Positions 1 through 16,561 of a DNA stretch of 64,000 nt are shown one piece after another. Source of the DNA: Octopus sinensis (lineage: Eukaryota); the NCBI RefSeq assembly GCF_006345805.1, contig NC_043006.1:90582001-90646000 (forward strand), in the 5' to 3' direction. A program made the translations under genes and the position numbers. Below the pieces are notes generated by a model that saw nothing but the letters and a program-made list of their open reading frames with translations, made no database searches and had not been told where the DNA came from. Each line of letters starts with the position of its first letter. Position 1 is the stretch's first letter.

Positions 1-1559
1 CCCCTGTAGCTATCATTTTCATATTTTTCTCATCCATTAGGAAATTCAGCATTGTCACTACAATTTTATCCTTGTTAGAAGTGTGTTAAAGAGATTTTCA
101 GATGCGAAACACACCTTCAACAGTTTGCTAATCCAGTGACAAAAAAGGAAAAAAAACAAACTAATAAATATTAAAGAAAAAAATATTTTTTGTTTCAAAT
201 TGCTATTTTAAAAAATTAGTTTCCAGATTGTATTTTCATTTAAAGAGAAGGAAATCCAAGAATTAATTTTATTTTTAAACTTCTTTCTTACCCAATATAA
301 TGTCTTGATTCTAAATACTATTTGATTCCATCTTTTACTTATTTATTCATTTGTTAATGATTTATATGTGCGTAGGGCATAGTGTTAGGAAAGGACTCTG
401 CCTATAAAAAGACTGAACCATTCAAGTTAATGTTCTTCTAACCTGCAAAGCTGTCCAATAAAATGAGTCAAAGAGAAATACAGACAGACAGAATGGGAGA
501 GAAAACATAAGCTATATCAATGTCACTTCATAAACAGATTCTAAAAAGAATTCAAAAATAATGGAAAATGGACATTAAATGATGATGATAAGACAAGGAA
601 AATGAGGTTTTCTAGTGTAATCCAGTGGGGAATATAAAACAGAAATTCTAATTCCTTTGTACATATTGGTTTACAAATGAAAATCGTAAATTAAAGCCAA
701 TAGACATTGATCATTCATCACCTGCCAGATATCAGGCGATATATATTACATTAGCTTCCCCCTTTCTCCTAAATTACATATATTGAAAAATCTGAAGAAT
801 TTTAAAGAAAAGGAATATTTTAGTAAGCCTTCAGCGAATGGAATTCAATTACAATTAGACATTTCCTTCTTTTTCTACAAAACAGTTTAGATGTGCAAAA
901 GGAGTGCATTCCTTTTTTTAATGGATTTAGTCAATGGATTGTGACCATGCTGGAGGTTTTATATATTCCAAATTGGTCCCTGCACTTACAGTCTAACTTA
1001 TTCTACCAATTGTTTATAACCAAACTGCTAAGTTATATGAACAGCATTTGCCAAATGGTCAGAAGCCACACACACACGTGTGTGCATGCACGAAGGTAAG
1101 GTTGTGTGGTTTATAGTCACTGGCAGAGGTGCATAGCTTAAAAGTTTGCTTCTCAACAACAGGTTTCAGATTAAGTTGTTCCAATGGGAGGCTTCTTGGG
1201 CAAGTATCTTCCACTATAGGCACTGGTTAACCAATATCTTGCACTGAATTCGGTAAACAGAAACTGTATAAAGCCCATCATTTCTATTTCTGCATTTTCA
1301 AAAATGAAAAGAATGAAAACCCCCTTTACTTGAAAAATAGGTGAGGGTTAACGATGGGAAGGGTATTTGACTATACAAACAATGCCTTGATAATTTTTTT
1401 TTGTTTTCCATGACAGCATCAAAAAGTTAACAAAATAATGAAAGAATATATAGGACATGCTTCTGCACAGTTTCCATCAAACATAATTGATCAAAGAATT
1501 ATGTCATGGGAATGACCTAAAACCACCAAGTTGTGAAGCAAACTTTCTGACCACATTAT

Positions 1560-2700
1560 TATTTACCTGTGTCTATTATGAAATATTGCTGAACTGATTC
1601 TGGTAATCTTCAGGATTTCTTTCTTGATTAGATTATTAGATGTCCCTACACATTGCTGGTTGCAATATGCTTCCATTCTTCTCTTGATAGTGCCTTCTGT
1701 TCCATTTGAACCTGAAATATTTAACTATCCTGTCTTCCAGTCATCATGAATGATCTGATTTCTTGGATATCACTCAACAGCACAGGTTCATTACTTGTCT
1801 GTAAACCTCGTTACATGTTCGGCTGAGCAGACCATGTGCTTTTGGTTTTCCACTCAGAATACACTTTGCTTAAATAAGCCCATATCAGATATGCATCCAC
1901 AACACTATTCCTGGCATGGATCTTTCCATAACCTTCATCGTCAGAGTTAGCCAATGTTTTCCCTTCTTCATTGTAAACCATGTCTTGCATATAAGAGGGT
2001 ACAATTGAAAAGACTTGCCCAGCTGTGCCTGGAACCCATCAGATTATTCTGTCAAACGCAATGCTTATTCAGTCACATTTGTTTTGAATAGATATTGCAT
2101 TATCTCACACCTTCAAGATTTCAAAAATACAACTGTGTATCTTTACAATAACCTTGTAAGTTATGTGTGAGAAGCTGGATCTGGTCAATTTGAACATAAA
2201 ACAGGTAGACGATTTGGGCTGGATATGGCTGGCTTAAATGCTAAAGGGTGAAGTAACATTAATGCATTCCACCCTGTTCTTACTTGGCAGGAGATTTCGG
2301 CATTCGTTTACTGTCTGTCCATAGTAGACCCACTCATCTCAATTTCACAGCCTCTCAACACTATTCAGCCTTGTGCTACATTTTCAGACCACATGTACTT
2401 CATTTACACGCAGTTTATTTTGACATCAACTACTGGCCTCTGGGTGTGCAGATATCATCATGATCTGCAGTTAATGTGAAGTTTCTGCAATGAGGACAAT
2501 GTTGTCTAAGAATCAAGTGATGTGTTAGTGGCTCACTGACACCAATGCTGCCGTTCCAGTTAATGTCTCTGATGACAATTTCAAGGGAATCAGTGGAGAA
2601 CTTTAGAAAGATGGTATCCCCTTGTTTGATGCCCTTATTAACTGCAACTCTTACGAATGGTGAAAGCATGATGACCATCAAGATATGAGCCTATAGGATC
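1560..2700 (-). mobile_element. Degenerate RTE-clade LINE, 3' half of the reverse transcriptase ORF
   Basis: Minus ORF 2430-2681 reads VNKGIKQGDTI...L.I..RDINW..., matching the RTE RT QGD motif region. Decayed RT C-terminal-like sequence continues down to ~1560. Many stops and frameshifts; boundaries approximate. Confidence 0.7.
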
Positions 2701-4789
2701 ACATGTCTGGAACTAATCCAGACTTTGGGATACCAGACTGCTGCCAGGTTTAATCCCCAGAAGCTCCTGGAATGTATTTTCAGCTGGGTGTACTGAAGCA
2801 ACAAGAAATGAAATGCTTTGCTAAAGAATGCAAGCTTCCTGGTCAGAGAAATGAACCCCATCACCTAACAATCATGAATCCAACATCATAACCACTAAGT
2901 CACACTATACAAGTATTTGTAATATTCCTAGCACAAGGGGAGATCTGATGAACTTACTTGTAATTATGCTGGTATTCAACCGGAATAGAGCTGAAATGGT
3001 TCCAACCAGTTGATCCATGACACCATCACATACAGAAGCTGACAACACTCAGTGATCCGAGACATCATATACCCAAGCCATGATAGGGAAGGCCTGAGAT
3101 CAAAGGTATTCTAGTGGTAATCAGCTTATGTTTATGTATGTCTAAGAATGCAGTGTCACATGCATACTTCCTTTTTAATAAGAATTTAATACCTTTTATT
3201 AGGATTTGAGGAAATTTAGCTTTTATTTCTTGCAAACTGTACAACCATAGAGAGGTTTTCTCATATAGGCAAAAGGTCGCACATTTTTAAATGGCTCCGT
3301 GAAGCTCTCAAGTGAGGCAGCATTAATAACATAAATGAAGTGAAATAACTTTAACCAGGAAATGAAACTAACGACAATGCAGTCTTGTATTGCTAGCAGC
3401 TTAACTTGTGCTTTATGTCTAATTATTATTTATTTATTGTTTCTTTATACAATGGGTTACAGACAAAAATATAATTTCCAAGATAAAGCACGCTATTTTA
3501 AAGTCAAAGTAAGATTTATTTTCTATGAAATTGCTATTGAAAGAATCTAATAAAGTGTTATAACATACCAAGTCTAGATTCTATTATATCATCTGTTTAA
3601 TTGCCTATCAGAATTGGATGCTTAAGACAGGACAGGTGAGCTTACCATTATGTGTTACCAAACAATTGATTAGCCTAGTGAAGTGTTTAAAATATAGTTG
3701 TCTAATTCTTCAGATAGATAACAACACCTCCTCAACATTATGGGACATCTATCAAATTAATAGCTATGAAATTTGAATTTCTTTCCACCCTGTTTGCATC
3801 TTTAAAAGATCTTAGTCTTATATTATGACATTCACATCTAGGAATTTGGCTGAATGAAATCTTTTGTTGACATTACAATCAGATGCTTGGCACTTTCAAA
3901 ACAAGGGTTAATGATAGGAAGCAGCATCCAGTAGAAAACTTTTGCTTCTTTCAAGGGTCTCCAAACAGATAAGCAAATTAGGGTCACCTGGTACTTGATG
4001 GTTGGTATTCATTTCATTGACTCATAGAAGAACAGGAAACTGAATAGAGTTCAGCAGAATTTGAACTCAGAAGGTAGAAAGTTAATAAGAAGCATTTCTC
4101 CAGACACACTAACTATGCTGTTAATCTAATGGCTGTGAGGCTAAGAAGCTTCCATAGCACCTTGGGTGTCTTCTAGTAAAACCCCAGGCCAATCAAAGTC
4201 ATTGTATGAGTGGAATTGGTAGACAGAAACTGAAAGAAACCTTTGTGTGTGTGTGATAATATATATAATGACAGTTTCTGTCAACCAAATCCATTCACAA
4301 GTCTCTGATCAGCTCAGGGCTATACTAGAAGACACTTGCTCAAGATACCATGCAAAGCAAGCTTCTTAGCCAAGCCTGCATCTATGCTATCTTATATTTT
4401 CATGTGTTTTTTAATATGAAGTTTTGTTTTATTTTAGAAAGCTGTTGATGTGTCTAGATAAAAAAAACCCAGAAAGTTACTAAATCATCATGGTAATAAA
4501 TAATTACCTTACTCAAGTTGTATTGTTATGACAATGGCATCAGTGAAAGTCTAAAGTGATGATCAATAATCCCAATGAAGACCAGAGTTATAAACCAATT
4601 CCACAGAGTAAAACCATACAACTTCAAAGTTCTAAAATAGTTATTTACAAAAATGAATGAGTTATTACATGTTGGAACCTAACGTGGCAGCCTTCAGAAT
4701 TAATAAAACAGCATTTAGTAACTAAGTCTGATAACTGTGGGTGGGTGTAGCATACGACAGGTAATTGAGGTTCACAAGGCACTCCAATC

Positions 4790-4900
4790 TGGGCAGAGTG
4801 GTTAAGAAGCTTGATTCCAGCCACATGGTTTTTGATCCCGTCCCACTGGGTGGCATCTTAAGTGTCTTCTGCTACAGCCCCAGGCTGATCAAAGCTATTA
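4790..4900 (+). mobile_element. tRNA-headed SINE fragment, high-copy family (related copies at ~1120-1280, ~4190-4370, ~53240-53370)
   Basis: Shared head/core GTGGTTAAGAAGCTT...CCCACTG...AAGTGTCTTCT.CTA.AGCC...GA.CAAAGC recurs several times in the window. Confidence 0.65.
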
Positions 4901-6288
4901 ATGGAACACACTGTATGTGCATGCACCTATATAAAATGTTTATGTGCACACACACACATGTACAAGCGTATATAAATACATAGATTCCAATCTTTCATAA
5001 AAACATATCCAGTGGAGGTGGGGGGTAGAGGGCTATACCATGCATGGGAAAAGGTTAGGGTTGGTGCTCAGGAAGGGCATCCAGCCAAAAAAAATCTGTG
5101 AGATCCCTGCAAGCAGGGAAAATTGGACAGTAAACGTTTGTATGATAGGAGGAATAGAAGGGGCTAATGCCTTGAGCTGTAGTTGTATGAGTGGATGACA
5201 ATTCAAAACATAGACTTTCACTAATCCTGCCATCAACCAAACCCAACAAACTCTCCTGGATTTATTCACTGCTGAGTAGTTTTCTTTATTAATTCAGAGT
5301 AGACATATAAAAGCAGACTATTAGAAACATATGGCAAAATGAATCAGCTTTCTTAAATAATTTTCTTCTCATCTGGAAGCTGTGAAATAATAATTCTGCT
5401 GATGAGATATTTTTACATAAACTGAACTTTTTAATTATAAAAATGTGTTGTTGCTTCTGTAATGTTTGTGCTTTATTGCCAAAATCTAGACATAATTCTC
5501 AATCTATTTTTTCATGACCAAATGCAGACAAGATAAATAACACCTTGGGTATAATGGAGATAACGACCTGCTGGTTGTTGATGTTCTCAGTCTTTAACTT
5601 GGGATTTTCACTTCAAAATTATGCAATAAGCACAGGGATAGCCTTGAAGGAGTGAGAGGGGAAGGGGCAACATTACTGCATTGCAACCATGTGCTTCTGG
5701 GTTAGATTCCTCGGTGTAGATCTTTAAGAAAGTATTTTCCAGTAACCAATATCTGGTCAGTGAAATCTTCTAGATAGCATGCATTTGTGTGTGGATGGAT
5801 ATTGTAAACATATACCACATTTGATGACTTATAAGGAGCACAAACTTAAGATGTACTTCAATTTTGGTTATCCATGTCTTGAACCACTCCATACCAGTAA
5901 TACTTGACCCTGTAAACACTTAGTGCTTATAGGAAAGAAGCCAACTTTCTGAGACATTATTTTTTGAAAAGCGTGTTTTATAAATATGGTATGTGTGTGG
6001 CCTTGTGGCCAGGGTGTTGCACTCAATATCTAAAGATCAGGGTTTTGATTCCTCAACCGAGCAGCATGTTGTGTTCTTGAGATAAAACATTTTCATGCTG
6101 CTCCAGTCAATTCGGCTGTAAATGGGTGACCCTGCAACGGACTAGCTTTCCAATCAAGGGGAATATTGGCCAGCTGCTACAATGGACTAACCTTCTGATC
6201 AAGGAGAATATTGGCCAGCTGACTTTTTCTTTTCCATGTTATTTCGCATGCTTTCAACAAATGACATCAAAATCACAGAAAAAAGGAA

Positions 6289-6403
6289 AGATTTGGCTGC
6301 TATTTCTTGCACGCCCTGATACCACGTAACAGGTATTTTGGTACCTGTATTGCAAACAGCTGTTACATGGTAGCAGGGCGTGCTAGAAATAGCAGCCATA
6401 TCT
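6289..6403. repeat. Small hairpin MITE-like element, ~44-bp inverted arms
   Basis: 6295-6332 versus 6360-6397 are reverse complements at 35/38 positions; pairing extends 6 bp further out with 1 mismatch. Confidence 0.75.
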
Positions 6404-8329
6404 TTGGAGGTGAGATACGTTGAACGCACTTGAAAGAAACCTATGGAAGAAAACTGTTTCACATGGAGGTTACAAACAGGTCTTTTACAAAATATTTTTA
6501 GTCATTTTCACTTTAAAATATTTTGCACATCATAATGTGTCTAATGGAAAGGTTAGGGTTTCTTTCCTTTCAAGGTGAAGTTATTTTCAGAATAATTTCC
6601 CATTATGCACCATTTGGGGCTTTTATACCCCCAAAACCCCAAATATCTCAGTAACTACTGGTCCGATTTACGCGAAACTTGTTTTAATACGTTCGGATTC
6701 ACATTTATGGGGCATTTTACCATTATGCACCAGTTTGGCTGTGTAACATTGCAAGATTGAACTTCACATAGTATAGATATAAAAAACTTGCCCAACAAAG
6801 ATCCATGCCTATGATGTTTCCCCTCCCCTCCATTCTCTCTTATGCATCTAAATTTTTCATTTTACACCAATTTTGAATGATAGTATGAGGTATTGATGTT
6901 GTTGGTGTCATTGTATCAAACTAAATATTATTTCTTTTGCTCACAAATTAAAATAGTGAAATCAAAATGTAGCATTTCCCAAGTTAGACTAAATGAAATA
7001 GTGTGATATAATTGCTTGAGAAACAGGACATTGGAACTATAAAAGGTTGTTCCTCTACCCTATGATGTCTCTGTTCCTTTCCTTCTGGTTTGACATAGTT
7101 TTTACAGTTGGATGCCCTTTCTAATAAAAAACACTTAAACAGAATGAACAAGGTGAACTTCATCAAGCTTCTCAGATGTGTGTGAGAAGTTATGGTTGAC
7201 AATGCTAAAAATTTCAATGGGATTGCAATTTTTAGTCCATTAAGAACTAAACTGATGACTGTGATACCTTGACCAGCTCATTAAATTTCCTGCTGTCATC
7301 ATAATCTTCCTACAGCTAAAACATGTCCAGCATTGTTATATATATTGACCAAATATGCAGTTCACTCTCACTCCAATGCATCTAATTTTGATCTTAGAAT
7401 TATCTTCCATTTCTTTCTTGATAAATTATAATTAAAACTAATGACTTTCACTCCATTTCAGGTGAAATTTTGATTAAATATTTTTCTGGTTCACTACATT
7501 ATGTTAACTTCTACTTAACTATGTCTAATTCATTTTAATTGGTTATTTATACCTATTTGGCTTGCTATATTTAGACTTAACTACACCTTTCATGCAGAAG
7601 GCTTCCCTGGGTAAATCACATGTTAATTTGTAATTGCCTGATTGGTAACCATTTTCCACCCAGATAATCATAACATTCTCTACCAATTTTCAGAGCAGTT
7701 GTAACTATACCTACAAAAGATTAGACTCATTCCCATTCTGGGTCTCAAAGTTATTTTTTAATCAACTTGGATTTTGGAGTTTTCATCAGTCTTATCAATT
7801 ATTTTTCATTTAGCCTAATTTTAATAAATTAGACATAATTTTAGGAATAAAGGCACATTAAATAATGATGATACTGTTTAGCTCAGAGGCAGTAAATCAG
7901 CAGAGTCATTAGAGCACAGGACAAAATACCTTGCAGTATTTGTTCCAGCTCTCTGCACTGTGAGTTCAAAACTGACTAATGCCAACTTTACAGAGCAGCG
8001 AATTGATGAAATTGTTAGAGAGAAGCAGCAAGGAATTGGTTACAGTGCATTTTGTGTTGGAATTTTGGGGTTATAGACTTAAGTGGTGCTTGGTTTTATA
8101 TCACCACCTGGTTCATGGGCACTTTTAGTGGTAGCCAGAATGCCCTGTTGCAAGGAAGCAAGCCAGATATCTGGTTTGAGGATGTGTTCATCATGTTCAT
8201 GCACCAGTGTATGACAGCTCCTGAGAAAAATGTGAAACAGTCATGTAACCTGCTCTTCCCCCCCTCTCTAAACACTAGGAAAGAGGAAACTGCACTGCTC
8301 CTTTTGTACCTATTGCTTGTTTGTTATCA

Positions 8330-8530
8330 GACTGCAGCCATGCGAGGGCACCACCTTGAGGAATGAATCGACTCTAGTACTTATTCTATCAGTCTGTTTC
8401 GTCGAACTGCAACGTTACAGGGACAAACACACACAAATATATACGGCAGGCTTCTTTCAGTTTCCGTCTCCCAAGGTTTTGATTGGCCCGAGGTTACAGT
8501 AGAAGACACTTGCCAAAGCGACACGCATAC
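8330..8530 (-). mobile_element. SINE copy (same family as 21870-22165 and 37130-37352)
   Basis: Shared blocks TAGTACTTATTCTATC.GTCT and GGCAGGCTTCTTTCAGTTTCCGTCT...AGAAGACACTTGCC. Confidence 0.65.
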
Positions 8531-9183
8531 CACGACAGGTTGGGTGCGGCCTGAAGGGGATTTTATTTCTAGCAGGTCAGCCTACCACAGTGAGACATCC
8601 TCTTTCGTTTTAACATTAGTTTTTGGCAAAAATTCTAACTCGCGACACACAAGAGTAAGCATAGTTTTTTTTCTTTTTTAAGCTATCCTTTTAAGAAGAT
8701 GACGACGCTACGAGTGGGAGCTGTCAGCTGCCTCAAGTTAACAATGCTTGTTCCCTAACAGTAGATTACTAGAAAAGTTAGCACGTAGGGCGAAAATTAG
8801 TAATTAGTTAACCCCTTACGTTCAGAGTTCAAATCTCGCCGAAATCAAATTTTATACTTTATTTTTCTGACAGTCAATAAAAAAAAAATGCTAATCAAGT
8901 AGCGATGATAATTTTATAGTTCTTTAATCCATCTTAAATGTGACAGGAATATGATAGGTGAAACTCGATAGTCGAATGTTTGTAAACAAACAACGTTTAA
9001 CCGAAGTGTAAATAGGAAACAGCAGAGAAAAAGAAACAAATTGATAAATAAATACATTCCAACATTTTTATTCCATTTCGGGGTACTTCTGAAAAACGTA
9101 AGCATAATGAGTAGTATCTATGGAAGTGTTAGAGGAAGTTTAGTAAAACAAATTGTTGACAAAACAGCTGCAATGGGCCTTAC

Positions 9184-9384
9184 CTTCGCTGTGTTCTTTA
9201 CGGGCAAGCGTATCACTATATGTCCGTGGCCAACACGAACGTCTTCTACACCTAATATTTCTTTCGCTTCCTCACTGGCCACTTTTTCGAAGCCGGTACA
9301 CACTGTGCAATAGACTTGACACCATTCGTCGACGTTTTCGTCAGTCAACATAGAAGCAGCATGGCTACTCATGGGGGACGCCAT
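9184..9384 (-). CDS. THUMPD3: THUMP domain-containing protein 3 (tRNA m2G methyltransferase), first coding exon
   Basis: MASPMSS...VYCTVCTGFEKVASEEAKEILGVEDVRVGHGHIVIRLPVKNTAK matches the THUMPD3 N-terminal TV.TGFE..A..E..E.LG motif. ATG is in AAAATGG context; the exon is 201 nt and ends in phase 0 at a canonical AAG|GTAAGG donor. Later exons were not identified in the window. Confidence 0.82.
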
Positions 9385-10299
9385 TTTAGAGTGTTGTACT
9401 CTCGTTTGTATGGTCACATGATAACGTCATTTAAGAGACGGGATTTCCCATTCTCAGCTTTTCAAAGTGAGTGAAAACTACAATTAACAACTAATTTCTA
9501 CTCAGTTCTATTTTAATATTAACACAGAAAATAAATTCGAAATTCAATCTTATCAAAGTCATTTGATAAACAAATAATTACTTCTAACAATAAAAATAAT
9601 TGACATTATTAAGCATACTTTTATTTTTGTAAATTTATGGAGTGAAAGAATAGAAAATATAAAGAAACTGAATCTCACCAGTCATTTTCCAAAAAGTAAA
9701 TAAATCATGTACTTGTTTTTCGGTAGTTTTTTATGGAATAAATTCCATTACATTTATGAAGCCCTGATCTTTTACTTTTTAAAACTAGTCTTGTGAAAAT
9801 GAAAAAAATATTAGAAATGCATGTCTTATGTATTAGTTCAGTAGATTTAATGACACAAGTTTTTATATGCTGTGATACACAAATGCTATTACAAATATCA
9901 ACATTTTTTAAAAACTTAACTCAAAACCATGCATATGAAAAACAATAAGTTAATGTTAACAATTAATGTAGCAACTTTTGAATTTTAAAAAAGAAAACAA
10001 AAATTTCAGAACGGCAAGATTACACATAAAAATTAAGAAGAAAAGTATTCTATTATATAACTGATCATGTATGAAAATACATTTTGGGGGATTTTGAGTA
10101 GGTGGGATTTATATGAAAGTATAAATTCTGATTAAAATCGGTGGCGATCTTTTGAAAAAAAATGTTGGGTGATACTTATGGCTATTCATCCACTTCAACA
10201 AACGAGCCTTCAATATATAAGCACGAGAGAAGAAGAGAAGGAAAATTTAGTCAACAGTTTAGAGAAGCAATAACTCAACTGTAAATATGAATGAAAATG

Positions 10300-10930
10300 A
10301 TGGTAGTGGGGGAGAACGATGGAGATGTGATGAAAGAAGAGAGAGGGTGAGGAGTGAATTTGATGTTGACATTACTGATATGAAGGGGAGGAGGAGAAGA
10401 GAGAGAGTTAATACAGTTTATATAAAGAGGGAGAGGATAGTACATACAGAAAGGAGTTAATTTATTGAAGAAGTGAGTAATTGAATAAGCGAGTGAGGGA
10501 GTAAAAGAGAGCGATAGAGAGAAGAAAGAAATGAGAGAGAAAATAAAAGGAAAAGAGAGAGAGTGATAGAAGAGTAGGAGGTAAAAAGAAATAGACAGAA
10601 AGAATTGAAAGGAAAGGAGTCATAAAAGAGTAGGAGGTAAAGAGAACGACAGAGAAAGAGTGATAGAAGAGTAGGAGGTAAAGTGAAATGTAGAGCTGAA
10701 ACAGAATGATAGTGGTGGTGGAGGAGGTGGCGGGAATAGAACAGGAAAAGCTAATTTGTTGACGGTATCGTAGTAAAAGAGAAGAGAGAGAGAGAGGAAA
10801 GTAAAAAGCAAAGCTGAAAAGTGTGGTTGCAGTAGCAGTCGGGGTAGTTGAGTATACTGCGATCTCCTGTTTGGTTAGAGATAAATAACAGAGAGAGAGA
10901 AAAAGTGGGAGAGAAAGACAGAGTTTTTTC
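10300..10930. repeat. Purine-rich (GA/GAA) low-complexity tract with three copies of a 25-bp motif
   Basis: GAGTGATAGAAGAGTAGGAGGTAAA at 10561-10585 and 10658-10682, with a variant at 10617-10641. The plus strand is predominantly A/G. Confidence 0.8.
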
Positions 10931-12323
10931 CATCCAGGTCTTCCAAGTGACATGGTGGCGGTTGCAAGACAAACCAGAGTAATTGTGACGACGACGGCCA
11001 AGCAGGCAAAACAGTGAGAGGGAGGATAGTAGTTGTGACTATTTACAATATATATATATATGTATATATATGTGTGTGTATATATATAACAACAACAATA
11101 TATATATTCGTATATATTATATATAACAATAACAATAAGCGATTGCACGACTAAACTATACACGGCTTATAATACTACATTTTCCCCTCTAACGACTTAT
11201 TACACACTTTTGGTGTAAGCATGCAACTGTAAGCGGATCATATAAGCTTTGTATGTTTTCCTTCTTTTTTAAAGGATTATTTTCTTTACTGGAGCTGTTT
11301 GGGGACCTGTGTCACGGCAGTGAGGGATACCACCACCATCACCAGCAACATTAGCACCAATACCACAATTTGGGGGTACCACTATTACCACCAACACTTC
11401 ACAACAACATCTAACTAAACAACATTGCTGAAAAGCAAACGTTATCATCAAAGAAATCAATATATATACATATATACATACATACATTCACACACAGACG
11501 TATATATAAATAATGCTAAAGGTGTATATTGCATTCTATATTTAAGTGTTGCATGTAAATTATATATCTATAGCTACATATAGTATACACATCCACACAT
11601 ACTATACGTACGTGCACAGACACACCGTTCAGCAAGTACCGGCAACAGATAACTAGATAGATCGCTTGTTTTAAAAGAAAAAAAAATCCTTGCAAGGATT
11701 CAAAAGGAAAAAAATAATTGCGTTAACAACAACAACAACAGTAATAATAGTCGTAGTAGTAGTGGTGATGTTGTAGCTTTATATTGGTGTCATCTGTGGA
11801 GAAAAAAAAAGAAAAAGAAAAACGTCAACGATTTGCATTTGTATTTATTGAACTGGAACCGATAGTATTACAAGCATATGTGTTCTGCGTGAAAAGAAAG
11901 AAAAAAGCTGAGAGATCAAAAACAAGCTTTCAGTGTGTCTGAAATTATTATTATTATTATTATTATTGAATGAGAGAGCAGTGCATGCCATCTGAGTTCT
12001 TTTAAAATAATAATAATAATTATAGTTTAGAAAGAGGTTTGTGTGTTACAGAAGGAAGGAAGGAACCAGTTGAATCGAGGGACGAATCCTAACAAAGACG
12101 GAGAAAGCCGAACATTGCTTTTATTTTATTTCTTACTCAGCTTTTTGAATCTTTTTTTTTCAAAACCCAAATTTCAAGGATGTGAATGGAGGAAATTTAA
12201 TAATATAATGATCCAAACATAAATTCTATCAACAGTAGAAAAAAATACTTAATAATTTTTGCATCGAAAGAAACAATTGAAAGTAAGCAGACGACAATAA
12301 TTTTGTCTGGGGATGGCGACACT

Positions 12324-12462
12324 ATGAGGGTATCGTTCAGGAAAGTTGTTTACTCTATTCTTGGTGCTTACTTCCTACTTACGTGTTACACGGGATATTT
12401 ACTTGTGAGGAGGAGACTGGCACGAAGTCGAGAAGATTACGCCAGGGTTCAACAGTTGGCAG
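12324..12462 (+). CDS. RXYLT1: First coding exon of a type II membrane (Golgi glycosyltransferase-like) protein, most similar to ribitol-5-phosphate xylosyltransferase 1 (TMEM5)
   Basis: MRVSFRKVVYSILGAYFLLTCYTGYLLVRRRLARSREDYARVQQLA is a short basic N-terminus plus signal anchor. The Y-x-L-x3-Y-x2-Y spacing and following RRR match RXYLT1/TMEM5 as I recall it (YCLFSLYAAY...RRR). Phase-1 donor GCAG|GTAGGC. An exon is likely; identity is tentative because the downstream WGKAAIG motif was not found. Confidence 0.55.
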
Positions 12463-12859
12463 GTAGGCACACACATATCTACTAATATATATCTATACAC
12501 AACACAATGTCCATCTTTATACATGCGTCTCTTTATAAATATCTGTTGTATTAAACAGTAATTTTCATTGAAATAAAATCCCGGTACATTGAGTGGATTA
12601 GCCTTACATCATTAGGTCTTATTTTAATCAATGCCTTTCTTAACTTTCATGGTGATCCTTAACATTTTTGCCTCCAAACAAGGATAAAGTTTGTTGCTGA
12701 ACTGTGGCAAGTAAAAACCTGCACCACACACACACACATATAATATAATACAATGTAATATAAGATATATATATATCTATGTATGTATATATATGTGTAT
12801 GTATATATTTTTACAACCATCCAGCATTCTGAACATCTTTTTTCTTTCATATATATTAA

Positions 12860-16035
<3,176 letters not shown>

Positions 16036-16561
16036 ATAGATGACATGACTATATGGCATATATAAACTACATTTATGACATGATTCTAAATCTCATGTCA
16101 CATCTGTGTAGGATGACATTTGTTGCATAAAATATATTATTTGCATACGACATTCATTCCATTCATATATATACACTCACCATAATTTGTTTCGCAACAT
16201 TTTGGTGAAAAAAACACCATGTGTTTCAGAAAATATTGATGCATTTTATTGGAAGAAGAACATTCCTAAATACAATTACGTGTGTGTGTGTGTGTGTGTG
16301 TTTGAGTCGGCAGCGAAAAACTTGGCACTGTTTTTATTTACACAACTAATAACACAAACGGCTGCGATATTATAACATATATGAGTGACAATTGGTCGTA
16401 GCTGATCCATTAAAAGAATCGTAGTCTACAAATACATATACACACGTATGCAGTTGTTGTTAAGAGAAAAAACACCAGACTGATCGAGCATTCATGCAAA
16501 GTTTAGTTTAACTGGAACAAGAATGTTGTGAGATAAACCTGTCTATATGTATGGTAACTAC

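Noticed and set aside
1567-1712. Minus-strand AG...GT-bounded open segment, as candidate THUMPD3 exon
   Set aside because: The sequence is the 3' end of the RTE LINE remnant and has no THUMPD3 similarity.
7268-7309. Minus-strand mini-exon EDYDDSRKFNELVK as THUMPD3 exon 2
   Set aside because: Lacks the expected LRSVDN-like motif; short enough to be chance.
10462-11163. 233-aa hydrophobic minus-strand ORF
   Set aside because: Translation of the CT-rich low-complexity strand plus TA repeat; no recognisable domain.
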